In this document: positions 27,721-39,603 of the stretch, piece by piece
How positions within the stretch are numbered: position 1 is the stretch's first letter
Layout of the letters: each line of letters begins with the position of its first letter
Assembly: GCA_977020255.1 (NCBI GenBank)
Contig: CDROCS010002968.1
Coordinates: 248,001 to 312,000, forward strand
Length of the DNA: 64,000 nucleotides
DNA from: Obrimoposthia wandeli
Taxonomy: Eukaryota
Direction of reading: 5' to 3'
The notes under the pieces: generated by a model
Databases searched by the model: none
What the model was told of the DNA's origin: nothing
What the model saw: the letters and a program-made list of their open reading frames with translations, nothing else
Made by a program: the position numbers and the translations under genes

Positions 27721-30581
27721 TCATTTGTTTTGACAGAATATACATAATATTGATTATAATAATGATAATGATTTTGTAATTTGTGAAATCTTTTTGTTTC
27801 TAAAACAGCATGATAACGCTTGACAAACAAGAAATAAACATAATTTTTTTGTTTTCGTTTGGTGAAAATGGAGTTATTAGAATATACGTAATTTACAAAT
27901 TATTCTACTCACTACTTAAAAGAGACAAAAAGAAACATGAAAAGTAATTAATTAATGAGAAATCTGAACTTGCTTAGCTCTTGAAAAAAATCACTCCCAG
28001 AATATAACTTAGTTAAAAAACAGTACCGTAGATAGTAAAAGGGAAGGTCATTAAATTGTGATCAGTATATCACAATGAAGTAAAATAATAAACATTCCAA
28101 AATAATGAATCATGAACTATAACTTTATATTTGCAGAATAAATTATTTGTTATACTTTAATGTAAATTAAAAATATCTTATATTCAAATCTGGAAACTAA
28201 AACTCTTTTATCAACATTAAATAAAGCTTTATATGTTGGCAAATGGTATGTATTTTATCAAGCTGTACCAAATAATTAACATTGCAGTCACAAATTAAAT
28301 TGAAACTTGATAGTAAAATGATATCGATTAATTTTATCTCGCTATATTCCAATTAAAAATATTTTAATAGTAACAAATGTAATTTAGGGTTTTTCATGCA
28401 TCGTTAAATTCTGTTTATTTTAAAATTATTTTTGTTTCATAAATCCTGCCAAATACAGAAGTTACTTCATTTTAACATAAGTTACAACCTATAATTGCCA
28501 ATTTATGATCATTTTCAATTATATTATTGAAATTTATCGAATCTAAACGTCATAACTTTCAGGTTTTCGTTAATAAAGACATCATTTTAATTCCATAGCT
28601 TTACAGCATATATTAAAAATAGATACAAAACTCTCAAATCGATACAGTAAATATTTGTCAACATAGAATATGGTGGTTGGTTAATTTATTCATGGTTTTG
28701 AAAAGAACTAAACATAGGTAATAAATTCATCCAAATGGTGAAATCGAATTTATATATCCAATAAAAATTGGTTAATAACGAATTTATGAAGATAACAATT
28801 TTGATTAAATCAATGTAATTTAGTGGAAATAATATTTCATTAAGTTTTTACATATTATGTTGAATCTTTGCATTTTTATAATTGTATTGTTTTAGTTTTT
28901 GACGACACAAACAGAAACACTAAATGGCATTACTTTATCATTTTGTAAATTACGTTCAAATATTAAAATTACATTAAATTAAGTTCTGCTCAAAACCAAC
29001 ATGGGGTAATATTAATATTTTGTCTGGTGAGTAAGAGGATGCGTCTTTCAAAACCAAGTGTGGCTCTTATATTGCTCTCATGTTTGCATGATGTATGTTA
29101 AATTGTTCCTGAGTAAGTCCATGTCATAGGAAACTAGGTCAAATTTCTCCCGAATACGCCTTTTTTGACGAAATTCGGTCAATTTTCGGTGAATGTAGTA
29201 CTTATTTTTCCTAAACAGATCATGGAAAAGTAGGTCAAAGGAATTAAAAGCCTTAGTTCTCAAATATGTATGTATGTGATGAAATTTTTTCTTGATTCTC
29301 GAAATATATAGGTGTGTATGATATTTTTAAGTATTCAATTAATTTAAAACGAAAGTATTTATTAATTTAATTAAATTTTATTTAGATTTAATTATATATT
29401 AATTTTTTAAAAAATAATTTTAATTACCTAGATTTCTATAGATAGCTTATGTTGTATATGTAATATGATTTAATATGTAATATAATATTTTAATTATATT
29501 CAATTAGGTAAATAGTTAAAATTAAAAAAAGTTTCTTTTTAAATTTTATATTCTGACAAGTAGAAAGAGTTTCATTAAATCAAATCTAAGGAATTCAAAA
29601 CAAATACATTTATTGAATTTAATTAACAAATAGTAGCAATATGATTATTTTTCATCATTGTAGTAAGAATCAAGTGGGATATGTATTAAAAGTTTTCCCC
29701 ACTAATTAAATATTTGTAATCGAAATAATACATATATTCCGATGTGAATATTGTATATATAAATTAGTCTATTATTAAATAGATGATTTAAGGTAACATA
29801 TTGATAGTAATGAATATTTAATGTTTTTATATCCTATTCTTGATTTTTAAAAAATAATCTGCTAACATATATACTAAATTATCAATACCTACTGATAAAC
29901 CTCTTCTTCACATCTCATATTCTTAACCATTCCAGCTATCTTCAATTGTGGGGACATATCCACTTTTTAGAAGGTATAGGCTGGTTTACTTAATATGACT
30001 AATTAATACGAGGTATATAAGGACTGCTTATAGTAGTAGCTCAGTGCAACGGGAGCTATAAGTAAACAACAACACTAAACTTATCGTAAAATGGTTCAAT
30101 GAGAGCACCAGAACGAGAAGTCGGAGTAGTTTGAGCATCAGCAGCACCAGTAGCATCAGATCTTGACAGTAATAATAGATCTTGAAGCTACAGAGGTTGG
30201 ACTAGGAGATATTGAATCAATAGCAACACCAGTGAAGTAGGATTGTTATAATATATTTCTTCCTAATTTGGTGATTAATATAAAATTATGAATATTTAAA
30301 CTATAGTTAATGTTTTATTAACATGTGTGCATAATGCTTTCAATGTTTTTTTAGAAGATTGTGAAGCTGTGTAGATAAGCAATACTAGTCATACAAGGTA
30401 ATACTTACAAATAATAATACAAAAAATATTACCAATATTTAACCCTTTGTTTTAAAAAAGTACAACTTCGATCGTTATAAAATTTATTGACTTTGTTCAT
30501 AAAGATTATTTCCTATATAAAACCTAAATTTCGACAATGTATAACCTTGCGTCAACATGCTAGGTGAATTTAGTGTGTTAA

Positions 30582-32138
30582 CTGTGACATGGGTACTCTC
30601 AGACCCCCATCAAAGTCATGACAAATTTTGTCCGAAAATATAATTTATTTATCTGAATCTGTGGTTTAGAATGTTAATTTATAAAAATAATTTTATATCA
30701 GTGACTATTTTGAGGTACTCTATGATTTAGTTACATAATATTAACGTAAAGCAGTAGTTTAGATAATTACATTCATTCATTGTTAGAAATGAATAAACAA
30801 CGGCGCCAAGCGTTTCTAGAAGCTAATACAACAATATTTGAACTCCCGAATGATAACCCTGCAACTATTGAAGAAATATTTCCCGAAAATGATGATGAAG
30901 AAGATAATATACGTGAAGTACAGCGTATGAATGATGATTCTGAGAGTAATACTAGCATTGATAGTGACGAAGAATTGCGAGAAAATCAGTTAGTGTTCAT
31001 AGCGAGGACGATTTGAGTAGTAGTGACGATGATGATGAAGTAGAATGTGTCATATGGAATCTCATTTCTTCTTCTGGATTTGAGTGGTCAGAACAAACCG
31101 GAATACAGCAAGGTCAAGGACGGCAGGCACTTATGAACGTGCTACATGCTACTCCATGAATTAACCGCGGAGTTAACCCAGCGTCTCCTTTGGAGTGTTT
31201 CCTAATGTTTACTGAAGAGGCCCTCGAAGAAACACTGCGGTTTACCAATGTTCAAGGTAGACGTATAATAACTGAATTAAATCAGAACGTCCCAATCAAC
31301 AATCGTAAAGCTTGTCACAAAGTAAATTACGATGAGTTATGTGCCTTTATAGGTCTAAACATAATTTCTGGAGCATATAAAGCCCAGTTCTGTTCTATCG
31401 ATAGCCTGTGGTCCAGTAGAGACAGCCAGCCAGTTTTAGAGCTACAATGAACATCCAGGGATTTTACCAACTACGAACTGCCATTCTAGAAGAAGAAACC
31501 GATATGAACCCTTTGCACATTCTGCAGTGTGTTTGAATTGATCCGTTCAAAGCTTCAGCGATTTAAGACACCTAATCAAAATCTAACAATTGATGAGCAT
31601 CTTGTAGAATTTCACGACCGCGTTCAGTTTCAACAATGTATTACCAGTAAACCGGGTAAGTACGGAATAAAGTGTTTCTGGTTGTGCGAAGCCTAATCTG
31701 GACTCTGTCTCAATGGTTAAGTTTACATTGGCCAACATTCTGTAAGATAAGCAATTCTCCAACAATGTGCTTCAGTACCTGAAGCTGTGGTCACACAGTT
31801 GATTGTCCCTTATTTAGATAAAGGCTACAATTTGGTGGGGGATAATTGGTTTTCTTCTTTAGCTTTGCGACATTTGTTTACGATGATTGTCAATAAATTG
31901 AACTGTGAACTGCACAATTTGTAAGTCTTTTGAAGTATTTGATCATGTATATAAAATATTGTTGTGTTCGTTAACATTTTTGAGAAATACTTACACATTA
32001 GTTAAGTACTTGAATTAATTGTTTTCCAATACATACACTGTGTATAATAAATTATTTTCAATTTAACTTAAAATTAAACAGGTTATAGTTAATTTTATTA
32101 TGTCATAATCCATGAGGCTGAGAGTACCCATAACACAG
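30582..32138 (+). mobile_element. piggyBac element, internally deleted
   Basis: TTAA TSDs at 30578-30581 and 32139-32142; 21-bp TIR CTGTGACATGGGTACTCTCAG / CTGAGAGTACCCATAACACAG; transposase motifs ELCAFIGLNI, LTIDEHL..F..Q..SKPGKYGIK, LVGDNWFSS. Confidence 0.95.
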
Positions 32139-32379
32139 TTAACGCTTAGATATTTATGTCATAGGATAACAGTTAAAAATCTTTGGCTAGGTTGGCTAAC
32201 AATGTATTTGATCCGAAAGACACACATCCCCTTGAGAATGACATAATATAGCGTTGATGAACAGGAAAATAACGTACTCAGGAGAAACGTTTTCCAGACG
32301 ATACGTGCAAAAATTAACAAAATGTTTTTAATCTAGAGAGAGTTTCTTAATTTGGAATTAAAAAAAAATAATTATTTCA

Positions 32380-33041
32380 GTACAGTTTAACTTTTGAAAA
32401 AGTCTTTGAAATAAGTGTGTCAGGTTGTATTCTATACATGGTGTTTACTTTTTTGAAATTCGAGCTGCGATTCCAACCTGATGTGTTAGCTTTGAAATTC
32501 AACTAACCGTCTCGGGAAATACAACTTCAGATTTTCAAAAATCAGCCTCTTTCTCGTTTTCATCCTCATCGTCATCGAAATATTGTGTTTAAGTAAGAAA
32601 ATGTGAATCACAAATAACATTCACAAGCCACTTTTCTATTCAATCATCATTCAATATTTCACTGCACATCCATTCATAATTGTAGCAGCATCAAATTCAA
32701 CGTTATTTGCCACATGTGGGAATCGATTTTCTTTTTCATCTGTATATCTAAAATCAAACTATGAAAGAATTTTAAGTGTTTGATGTGGTTTCTCATTCCA
32801 GGGTGTAAATATTACAATAATAGCACCAAGCACATGTACTTTGTTCGATAGCAATATTGATTCATTGTATTCGTAAATTGAAAGAAGTACACGATGCACT
32901 AGACGCCTTGCGATAGTAAAAGTGTATCTAATACAGAAAAATGTAACATAAGTCATTCCATCTTGCACATTTCATGGGAAACCGCTCCATTCTCGTTTGT
33001 ATTCTAAACGCCATATGGTGAATATGTTTCTAAGGTATTGG
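32380..33041 (-). mobile_element. pogo/Tigger-like transposase relic, 3' part (interrupted by the Maverick)
   Basis: Minus strand reads ...PNTLETYSPYGV*NTNENG, RRLVHRVLLSI, VHVLGAII..PWNE..TL, acidic C-terminal region; resembles Tigger/CENP-B DDE_1 proteins. Confidence 0.65.
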
Positions 33042-33138
33042 AGTAGGTGGATGTGTCTGGTCTAATTCACCCCCACCCCCTCCCCCGGGGGGCTACCACT
33101 GTCCTTTAAAATCGTGCATGTGTGTGAAGTGAAATTTT
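33042..33138 (+). repeat. Left terminal inverted repeat of the Maverick
   Basis: About 97 nt matching the reverse complement of 46973-47069, with roughly 10 differences by manual alignment. C-rich core. Confidence 0.95.
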
Positions 33139-33384
33139 CTACCCCTCCCCAACACTCAAAAAAACTAATTAACCCCATATAACACCCTTTAAAATTGAAA
33201 ATCTCATAGTGCTCCCTCAGAGTGAGGAAGTGCCGGAGAAGCCATCTAGGGCCAATGCGTGCCAGTGGATAACGGGCCAATTCTATACTAGAGGATCCCA
33301 GTCTCGCCGATCGAGATTAGTCCGCCACCAAGTCAATGACGCCTACAGGAGACATCACCGGCTTCATTAGATACCAGTCAAAAT

Positions 33385-33849
33385 TTGGCTAGGGCTTGGG
33401 AGACTGCTTCTCCTCGTCCAACAATCATCCAGAACTTGAAGAGGGCCTGGGATGAAGCTGGTATCGACGAATTCCTGGCGGAACTGGATACACCGACAAT
33501 GCTTCCAGATTCGCGAGGGCAACAGGATGCCGTCTCACGTCAGCTTCAGCGTGAAAAGGAGGAGAAACAGAAGAAAGCTCCACGGAAGAGGAAGGCTACT
33601 ACTTCTATGTCGGGACCATCAACATTGGCTGTACCTCCTCCCAAAAAGTTGCGGCAACTATTGCCAAAACTTCAGGTAACGGAAATTGCTGTACAACAAC
33701 CGGTGAAGCCGAAAAAGAAACCTGGTCGGCCAAAGAAGAAGGAGCCAGTTCCGCTTTCTCCAATAAAACTCAGTCGGAGGGATTTCGATGAGGATGATCC
33801 CAATGATGACTTTGAAAAGATTTTTAAAAATATAATTTATAAAAAATAA
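33385..33849 (+). CDS. Maverick ORF1: basic/proline-rich protein with AT-hook-like motif; no in-frame ATG start
   Basis: 154-codon open frame (open from ~33339) with KKPGRPKKK, a PRKRK NLS-like motif, an acidic tail and an internal repeat QNLARAW/QNLKRAW. Confidence 0.55.
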   Translation: MARAWETASPRPTIIQNLKRAWDEAGIDEFLAELDTPTMLPDSRGQQDAVSRQLQREKEEKQKKAPRKRKATTSMSGPSTLAVPPPKKLRQLLPKLQVTEIAVQQPVKPKKKPGRPKKKEPVPLSPIKLSRRDFDEDDPNDDFEKIFKNIIYKK

Positions 33850-34191
33850 TTTCATGTGTTTCTATTTCTTCTTTATACTTATTTAAAAAAACTTTAAAAT
33901 TTTAAAATTTCTTTTACAAATTTAGTAATATTAAAATACTATCTTTAAGTTTACTAAAATATCAAGATGAAAAAAATAGTTAACTTATTCGAATGTGATT
34001 GGAATTATAAGGAATAATTCTACATGAAATTTTTTGGTTTAAATAGAAATGCAATGATTAGTTATAGATTTATTAAACTTTCATTTGATAAATAAAAATA
34101 TATCATTTAATTGAATGTGATTGGATTAAAAATATCTTAAATTTATATAGATATATAGGTTCAAATTTATTAACCTCTTCATAATTAAAAA

Positions 34192-34515
34192 ATGGAAGTC
34201 ATTAAAATGAAAAGTCTGGTGACGAAGATTGAAGAAAACATCAGGAGAAATGAGAAGAAAGGAGATTTAAGAAAGAGGGTCCTCAATTAGAATCTCTACG
34301 CTGCTGTCGCGACCTAGTGGAATCGTCGGGTGGAGATTCAGGAGAGGCGGCTAGCAAAACAAAAACGGATCGTGGAGTGGAACAAAAAAATCGAATTGGA
34401 AAAAAAAAATTGGATGAAAAAAGAAGAGGAGATGGAGGACAATCGACAAGCTGCAAGAAAGAGAATCCTCCAGATTAAACCGGAAGAATATATATATATA
34501 TATATATATTTTTGA
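34192..34515 (+). pseudogene. Maverick ORF2: coiled-coil protein with SERTA-like N-terminal motif (2 in-frame stops)
   Basis: MEVIKMKSLVTKIEENIRRNEKKGDLRKRVLN*NLYAAVAT*WNRRVEIQERRLAKQKRIVEW... reads in a single frame from ATG 34192. Confidence 0.45.
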
Positions 34516-34917
34516 ATATTATTTTTTCTTTCGTATTTATTGTTTATTTTTATGTTACATAATTGTCTAAATATAAACAATTTTATATATAATATTTTTT
34601 ATAATGAATAATAAAAATTGGAATAAATTATACATTAAATTATATCCTGATTTAATGTAAGATTATAAAAAAAATTACTTATCAGAAAATGATACTACGG
34701 AAATTGTTGGAGATAAAATATGTAATTTAATTTCGAAATATTTAGGTATGTTTACATTTAATATAATTTATTTTAATATTCATAGGAGAATTGACAATAT
34801 ATACCAATCTTAACATGAAAGACTGAATCCTGAGTACTTTTTTATTTTAATAAATTTTTGATTAATGGTTTTTTTATTCGTTATAAACAATGGGATTTGC
34901 TACAAATTTGGTTAATT

Positions 34918-35264
34918 ATGCAAGAATATATCATAGATTTTGAGGCTTTCATTAACAGAAATGGAGATTATATTATAAAATAATTATGTATTATGGATAT
35001 ATGCGACGTTTTCCATCCTTTGCATTTCATATTTCATGTAGATATCCCGTTAGAAGTTTAGATTATAAGAAAAAATTTACTAATTTATATCTAACTAATT
35101 ACTTTTATTTATTAAAATGGAAAGATGGACATAAGGCTTTTTGTGAAATATGTATTTTCGATACAATAAAATCTAATTTTGATATTGAAAATGGAATATT
35201 TTATGTTTTAGATGAAATGGATGGCAAAAAGTATAAGACTTTAAAAAAATATTTTCCAAATTGA
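34918..35264 (+). pseudogene. Maverick ORF3: conserved Polinton-type small ORF with N-terminal DxE (DEDD-like) motif, frameshifted
   Basis: MQEYIIDFEAFINRNGDYIIK*LCIMDI...HFIF, then a frameshift into YPVRSLDYKKKFTNLYLTNYFYLLKWKDG...FYVLDEMDGKKYKTLKKYF. Pattern matches the D-x-[EQ]-x-F..IxKEL..H.IF..WxDG ORF common in animal Mavericks. Confidence 0.6.
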
Positions 35265-35409
35265 GGTTGATTACTGTAAATATTTCACGTGATCATCTAA
35301 TAAAAATTCCACGAAATATTTGCTGTCCATATCGTGATCATGGTGACCATTGAGCATATAAAAAATGTTTAAGTCTATCTTATTATTACTTGACATGTAG
35401 ATAAACAAT

Positions 35410-35612
35410 TATTCTAATTGGAGAAATTCATTATTTACAAAATAAAATTTTCATCCAATTACAAATAATCCTTTTAATTGGAGGAATAAAATATATTAAA
35501 AATAATATTAACAACCAATAACAGATAAACAATCCTTCTCAGTGGAGGAATAAATTCAATTTTTTCATCCAATAAGAAAAGACCATATGTGCACAAATTT
35601 TAGTATATAAGC
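35410..35612 (+). promoter_or_regulatory. Putative polB promoter: five CCAAT/ATTGG boxes plus TATA
   Basis: ATTGG 35417 and 35477; CCAAT 35455, 35515, 35569; TATATAA at ~35604; ATG at 35652. Confidence 0.55.
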
Positions 35613-35651
35613 AAACAATTTCTTCATTTAAATTCCCGACTATTTGAAATA

Positions 35652-38600
35652 ATGACTATGGTAAGAAACTTCTTTTTATTTCTTTATTAATATTTAATTT
35701 TAGATTACATGTAACCTGTTTCCAGCATATTGTGATGCTTCGGCTCCGCATGGAGGAGAGTCCTGCATGGAGATAATGTCCGCCTACTATCGGACAAAGT
35801 CTCATGGGCTTCAATTCTTCGCCTGTCCCTTCTGCAGAACAATGGAGGAAAAGGAGTTTTGAGACTTCTTCTGTGAACATCGAGCTCATCTATCATGTTT
35901 CACGGCCAAAAACAAGAAGAGGGCTATCGTGCAATTGGTGTGCGATTCGCAGGCCTCTCCAGCTCCTGCTCCAATTCCAGTGGCAGTCAGTCTACCAGTT
36001 TATGGTCCTGCCATTGGTCCTTCTCTCCCGGCTCCTGATTCTGCAGCTGCCTCATCCACTCAAATAACTAACAATGAGTGGATGAACATCCTCTCCCAAG
36101 AAGATTTTGAGTAGTTGGCACCAGCAACCCAATTCTCAAACAATGACTGGATGGAAAATATCACCCAATCAGATTTCGAGATGGAGCAGCCCCAGTGGAG
36201 TGACAACAGCTGGTTGGAGACTATTGAGGAATCTGATTTTGTCGAGTTAACAGACGACAGTAGGATGGATTCTGTCAATGAAGAGGACTTTCAACCAACT
36301 ACAGTTGGATTGCCTTCATTAGGTATATTTTATTATTATTTTTCTGATTATTTTTTAAAATTGTAATTATATATATTTTATTTTTATTTTTTATTCAAGA
36401 AATACAGTGATACAGCCATCATCCGCTACGACAGCCATGCCTCCTCCATCGCGAGTGCCTACATCGATGTTTGCAACGCCTTAGATGAAATCATTTAAAA
36501 AAATATATTTATTTTTTAATATATTTATTTCACCAGCATCAACCTCTACAACAGCTGCTTCTTCGTCGGCAATGTCAGTTACTCCAACCTCAAATGCAGC
36601 ATATACAACTACCATTGTCTCATCGGCAGCACCTACTACAGCAGCACCGTCTACATTAGCTGCGATTGCCTCAACTGTTAATATAAATAGTTGTCTTCCC
36701 ATTCAATTAGGGGGAGGTTTGTCAGCAACTGAAGGAGAAAGAGGCAAGGCCAATTTCTTAATAAGGTCCCACCAAAAAACGTAGAGAAAACGGTGCTACT
36801 ATAGAGTATCACCGAAATAATAAATATGTTATAGTTAAGATGCCATTAGGAAATAAAATTTTATTAAACGTAGGTGTAAATACAAATATTGAAAGTCTTT
36901 TAAAATCAGAAGTGACTAAATTAGGACAGGCTAAGGTTCAATTTTGCGCAACAGTGCAATTTAAAAATGTCAATGAAGAGACTAAAACTTGGGTAAATTC
37001 ACATAAAGTAACTGTTTTTTATGATAATTTTGTAACTGAAATTGGAAGAAACCTAGATGAAAAAATGTTAATTATAGCGAGTTAGGTAATGGATGGACTC
37101 TAGTTAGAATTCACGATGTTAGCTTTGTTCTAACAAAGTTCACTGACATGATATATCTTTCGAGGAGTTCATACATTCTTTCACCTAGATCTCTTCAACT
37201 TTCACGTTCAATTGTTAACATACAAAACAGTGATAACCGTTGCTTTCTGTATAACGTGTTGGCCATCCTCAAAAGGGATCTAATTACTGAGCATAGCGAG
37301 CGTGTCAGTAAATATACCCCTTTTTTAAATTAATTGCAGTATCATGGAATAGATTTTCCTGTTAAATTAACTGCGATATCAAGATTTGAACACATCAATA
37401 ATTTGAGTATTAATGTATTTAAATATAATACTGATATCCCAGTTAATATAACAGATAAAGAAATATTTAAAAATTCTTATGTAGATGTAATTTATAGGAA
37501 CAAAAATGAGGGGACTCAGGTCAAATAAATTTGCGAAAACTTTTGCAGATTTAGAAACTACTACAGAAATCCCACCATAACATGCATTTCTTTAGTTTAC
37601 CTGGGCAACAGCAAAAAAAACTCTTAAAATTAATATCGAGTTACTGCAAGATCCCGCGATGTATCAAATGTATGATAATGGTATACGCGGTGGAATGACT
37701 TTTGTCAACAAACATCATGTTGTCAAAAATCAATCCACGGAGATTCTGTACATCGACATTAATAATTTGTATGGGTGGGCGCTTACTCAACCTCTACCTC
37801 ATGCCAACTTTAAGTGGGTTTATGATGAGGAAGAGTTGAATAAGTTGATGACAGATTTGGCTACTGTTGATATAGTTTCATCAAACGTCGGCTATTTGGT
37901 TGAGGTTGACTTAACAATCCCTTCCAATGTGCATGATAAATTAGATGATCTCCCAGTAGCACCTGTTCATCAATGCCCACCTAATTCAAAGGTTAAGAAA
38001 TTATTGTTAACACATGAAGACAAGTTGAATTATGTTGTGCATTGGCGGCTTCTTCAATTCTACTTAAAGTTGGGAGCGAAAGTTACTCGAATTCATCGTG
38101 CTATAAGCTTTAGTCAAAACTTTGTGTTTAAAGACTATATTGAGAAGAATTCTAGAAAACGTAATTTGGCCACTAGCAAATTCGATCGGGATTTTTACAA
38201 GTTAAAAAGTAATAGTCTCTTTTGAAAAACTGTTGAGGATTTGCGGAAACGTATTTGTCTACGGTTTTGCAATGATGAGCGTAAACTAATAACATATACT
38301 AGCAAGTACAACTTCAAGCGTAGTTTTACAATGGTAGATGACTTGGTAGCAGTGTTATTAGGACAACTGAGTATTTGTCTCGATCGACCGAGTTATATAG
38401 GTCAAACGGTTTTAGAACTTTCTAAACTCAGAATGTACGAGCTTCAATACATAGAATTAGAGAAATATCGACAGGTTTTCAATTGTGAGATCAATATCGC
38501 AGCTGGGGACACTGACTCTTTCTTTTTAGAATGTAAAAATGTTAGTTTAGATAATCAATTATTACCGACAATGTTTAGGGACAACTTACTTGATACCCAT

Positions 38601-38975
38601 AAATATCCCGCTAACTATCCTCTACACTCTATGAATTTAAAGGATATTATCGGGAAATTTAAGGATGAAAGCAAGGGACAGGTTTCGTATGATGATTGTA
38701 TTTTCCTACGCCAAAAATGCTACAGTTTACATGCATCTAATAATACATGTTCAATGAGAGCAAAGGGTGTGGGAAGAAACAATCTTACACATGAGGCCTA
38801 CCAGAAAGTTTATGATACTGGGTGTATTGAAAGCGTTGAGCAAACTAGATTTATTTCAAGAGCCCATCAACTGTATTCCCATAAATCAACCAAAATCGCT
38901 TTGAGTAGTAATGACGACAAGCGCTTTTGGGTAGAAAAGAACGCTAGCCTAGCTTATGGACACTTCCAAATTTAA
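35652..38975 (+). pseudogene. polB: Protein-primed family B DNA polymerase with spliced N-terminal leader; stops, frameshifts and an internal deletion
   Basis: Motifs GNGWTL, NIQNSDNRCF, GIDFPV, SINVF, GIRGG, YIDINNLYGWAL (motif A), KLKSNSLF*KT (motif B), AGDTDSFF (motif C), IGKFKDE, DDKRF. Leader exons 35652-35660 and 35704-36322 have GT-AG introns. Confidence 0.93.
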
Positions 38976-39224
38976 ACGGTTTTCATTTTTTGATTGTTTT
39001 GTTTAGTTTATTAAAATTTTAGATCCCTATGGCACCTTGACTCTAACTTTTTGTTATTTATATACATTTTTTAGGTTGGGCCTTATCTTTGCTGACAGAT
39101 CTCATTGTGTATTGTTTTTAATGTATTAAAAAATTATGTCTTTTATTATTTTACCCCTATATTTTTTTAAGGATTTAAAGAAAATTCAAAATAAAACATT
39201 AAAAATAGTTATTATTATAGCACA

Positions 39225-39602
39225 TTAATCGTTTTGCAACGATAACCATAAAATACATAAATGTCCACAGTTTCTCGTCGCAGGATCCTGATATTGTATC
39301 ATGTTGTAAAATACTCTTCTTCGTTTTTTTTGAATAGTCGAAACAACTTTGTGATAATACATTGCAAGTGGATCAAATACATCTATTGTCCACTCTCTAA
39401 CATAAATAGCTATCCAATGTTCTCCTATTAAATTCGAAGTATGAGTATTGATAATGTAACCTCCAGATTGAAAAAATGGAATCATATCAATAGGATAAAC
39501 TCCATTGAATTTATCACCCAGGACCTTTTCTGCTGATTCTTGTACTTGTACTGAACTAAATAAAAATTAATAAATATAAATTTTAAAAATGTTTTACTTC
39601 AT
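39225..39602 (-). CDS. Adenain/Ulp1-like cysteine protease (maturation protease), two exons, 111 aa
   Basis: Exon 1 ATGAA (39602-39598), 42-nt GT-AG intron (39597-39556), exon 2 39555-39225. Gives MNSVQVQES...FNGVYPIDMIP...IINT...GEHW...FDPL...QYQDPATRNCGHLC with the His/Asp/Cys triad present. Confidence 0.88.
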
Positions 39603-39603
39603 T

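Noticed and set aside
29078-29263. 61-aa minus ORF (FRQKRRIREKFDL...)
   Set aside because: Possibly a transposase scrap, but no diagnostic motif.
33452-33855. Overlapping ORFs 33452-33679 (+) and 33658-33855 (-)
   Set aside because: Alternative-frame shadows of ORF1 with no motifs.
33967-34180. Small ORFs with repeated ECDW/EFDW peptides here and at 45320-45512
   Set aside because: The peptide similarity is explained by repeated GATTGG (CCAAT-box) DNA motifs; frames are full of stops, so treated as promoter sequence.
35656-36278. Minus-strand and alternative-frame ORFs over the polB leader
   Set aside because: Shadows of the GC-richer plus-strand exon 35704-36322.
34918-37660. Idea that the DxE ORF replaces PolB's missing proofreading domain
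   Set aside because: The PolB gap is more simply a deletion in this dead copy, and similar small ORFs occur beside complete PolBs; not supportable from one copy.
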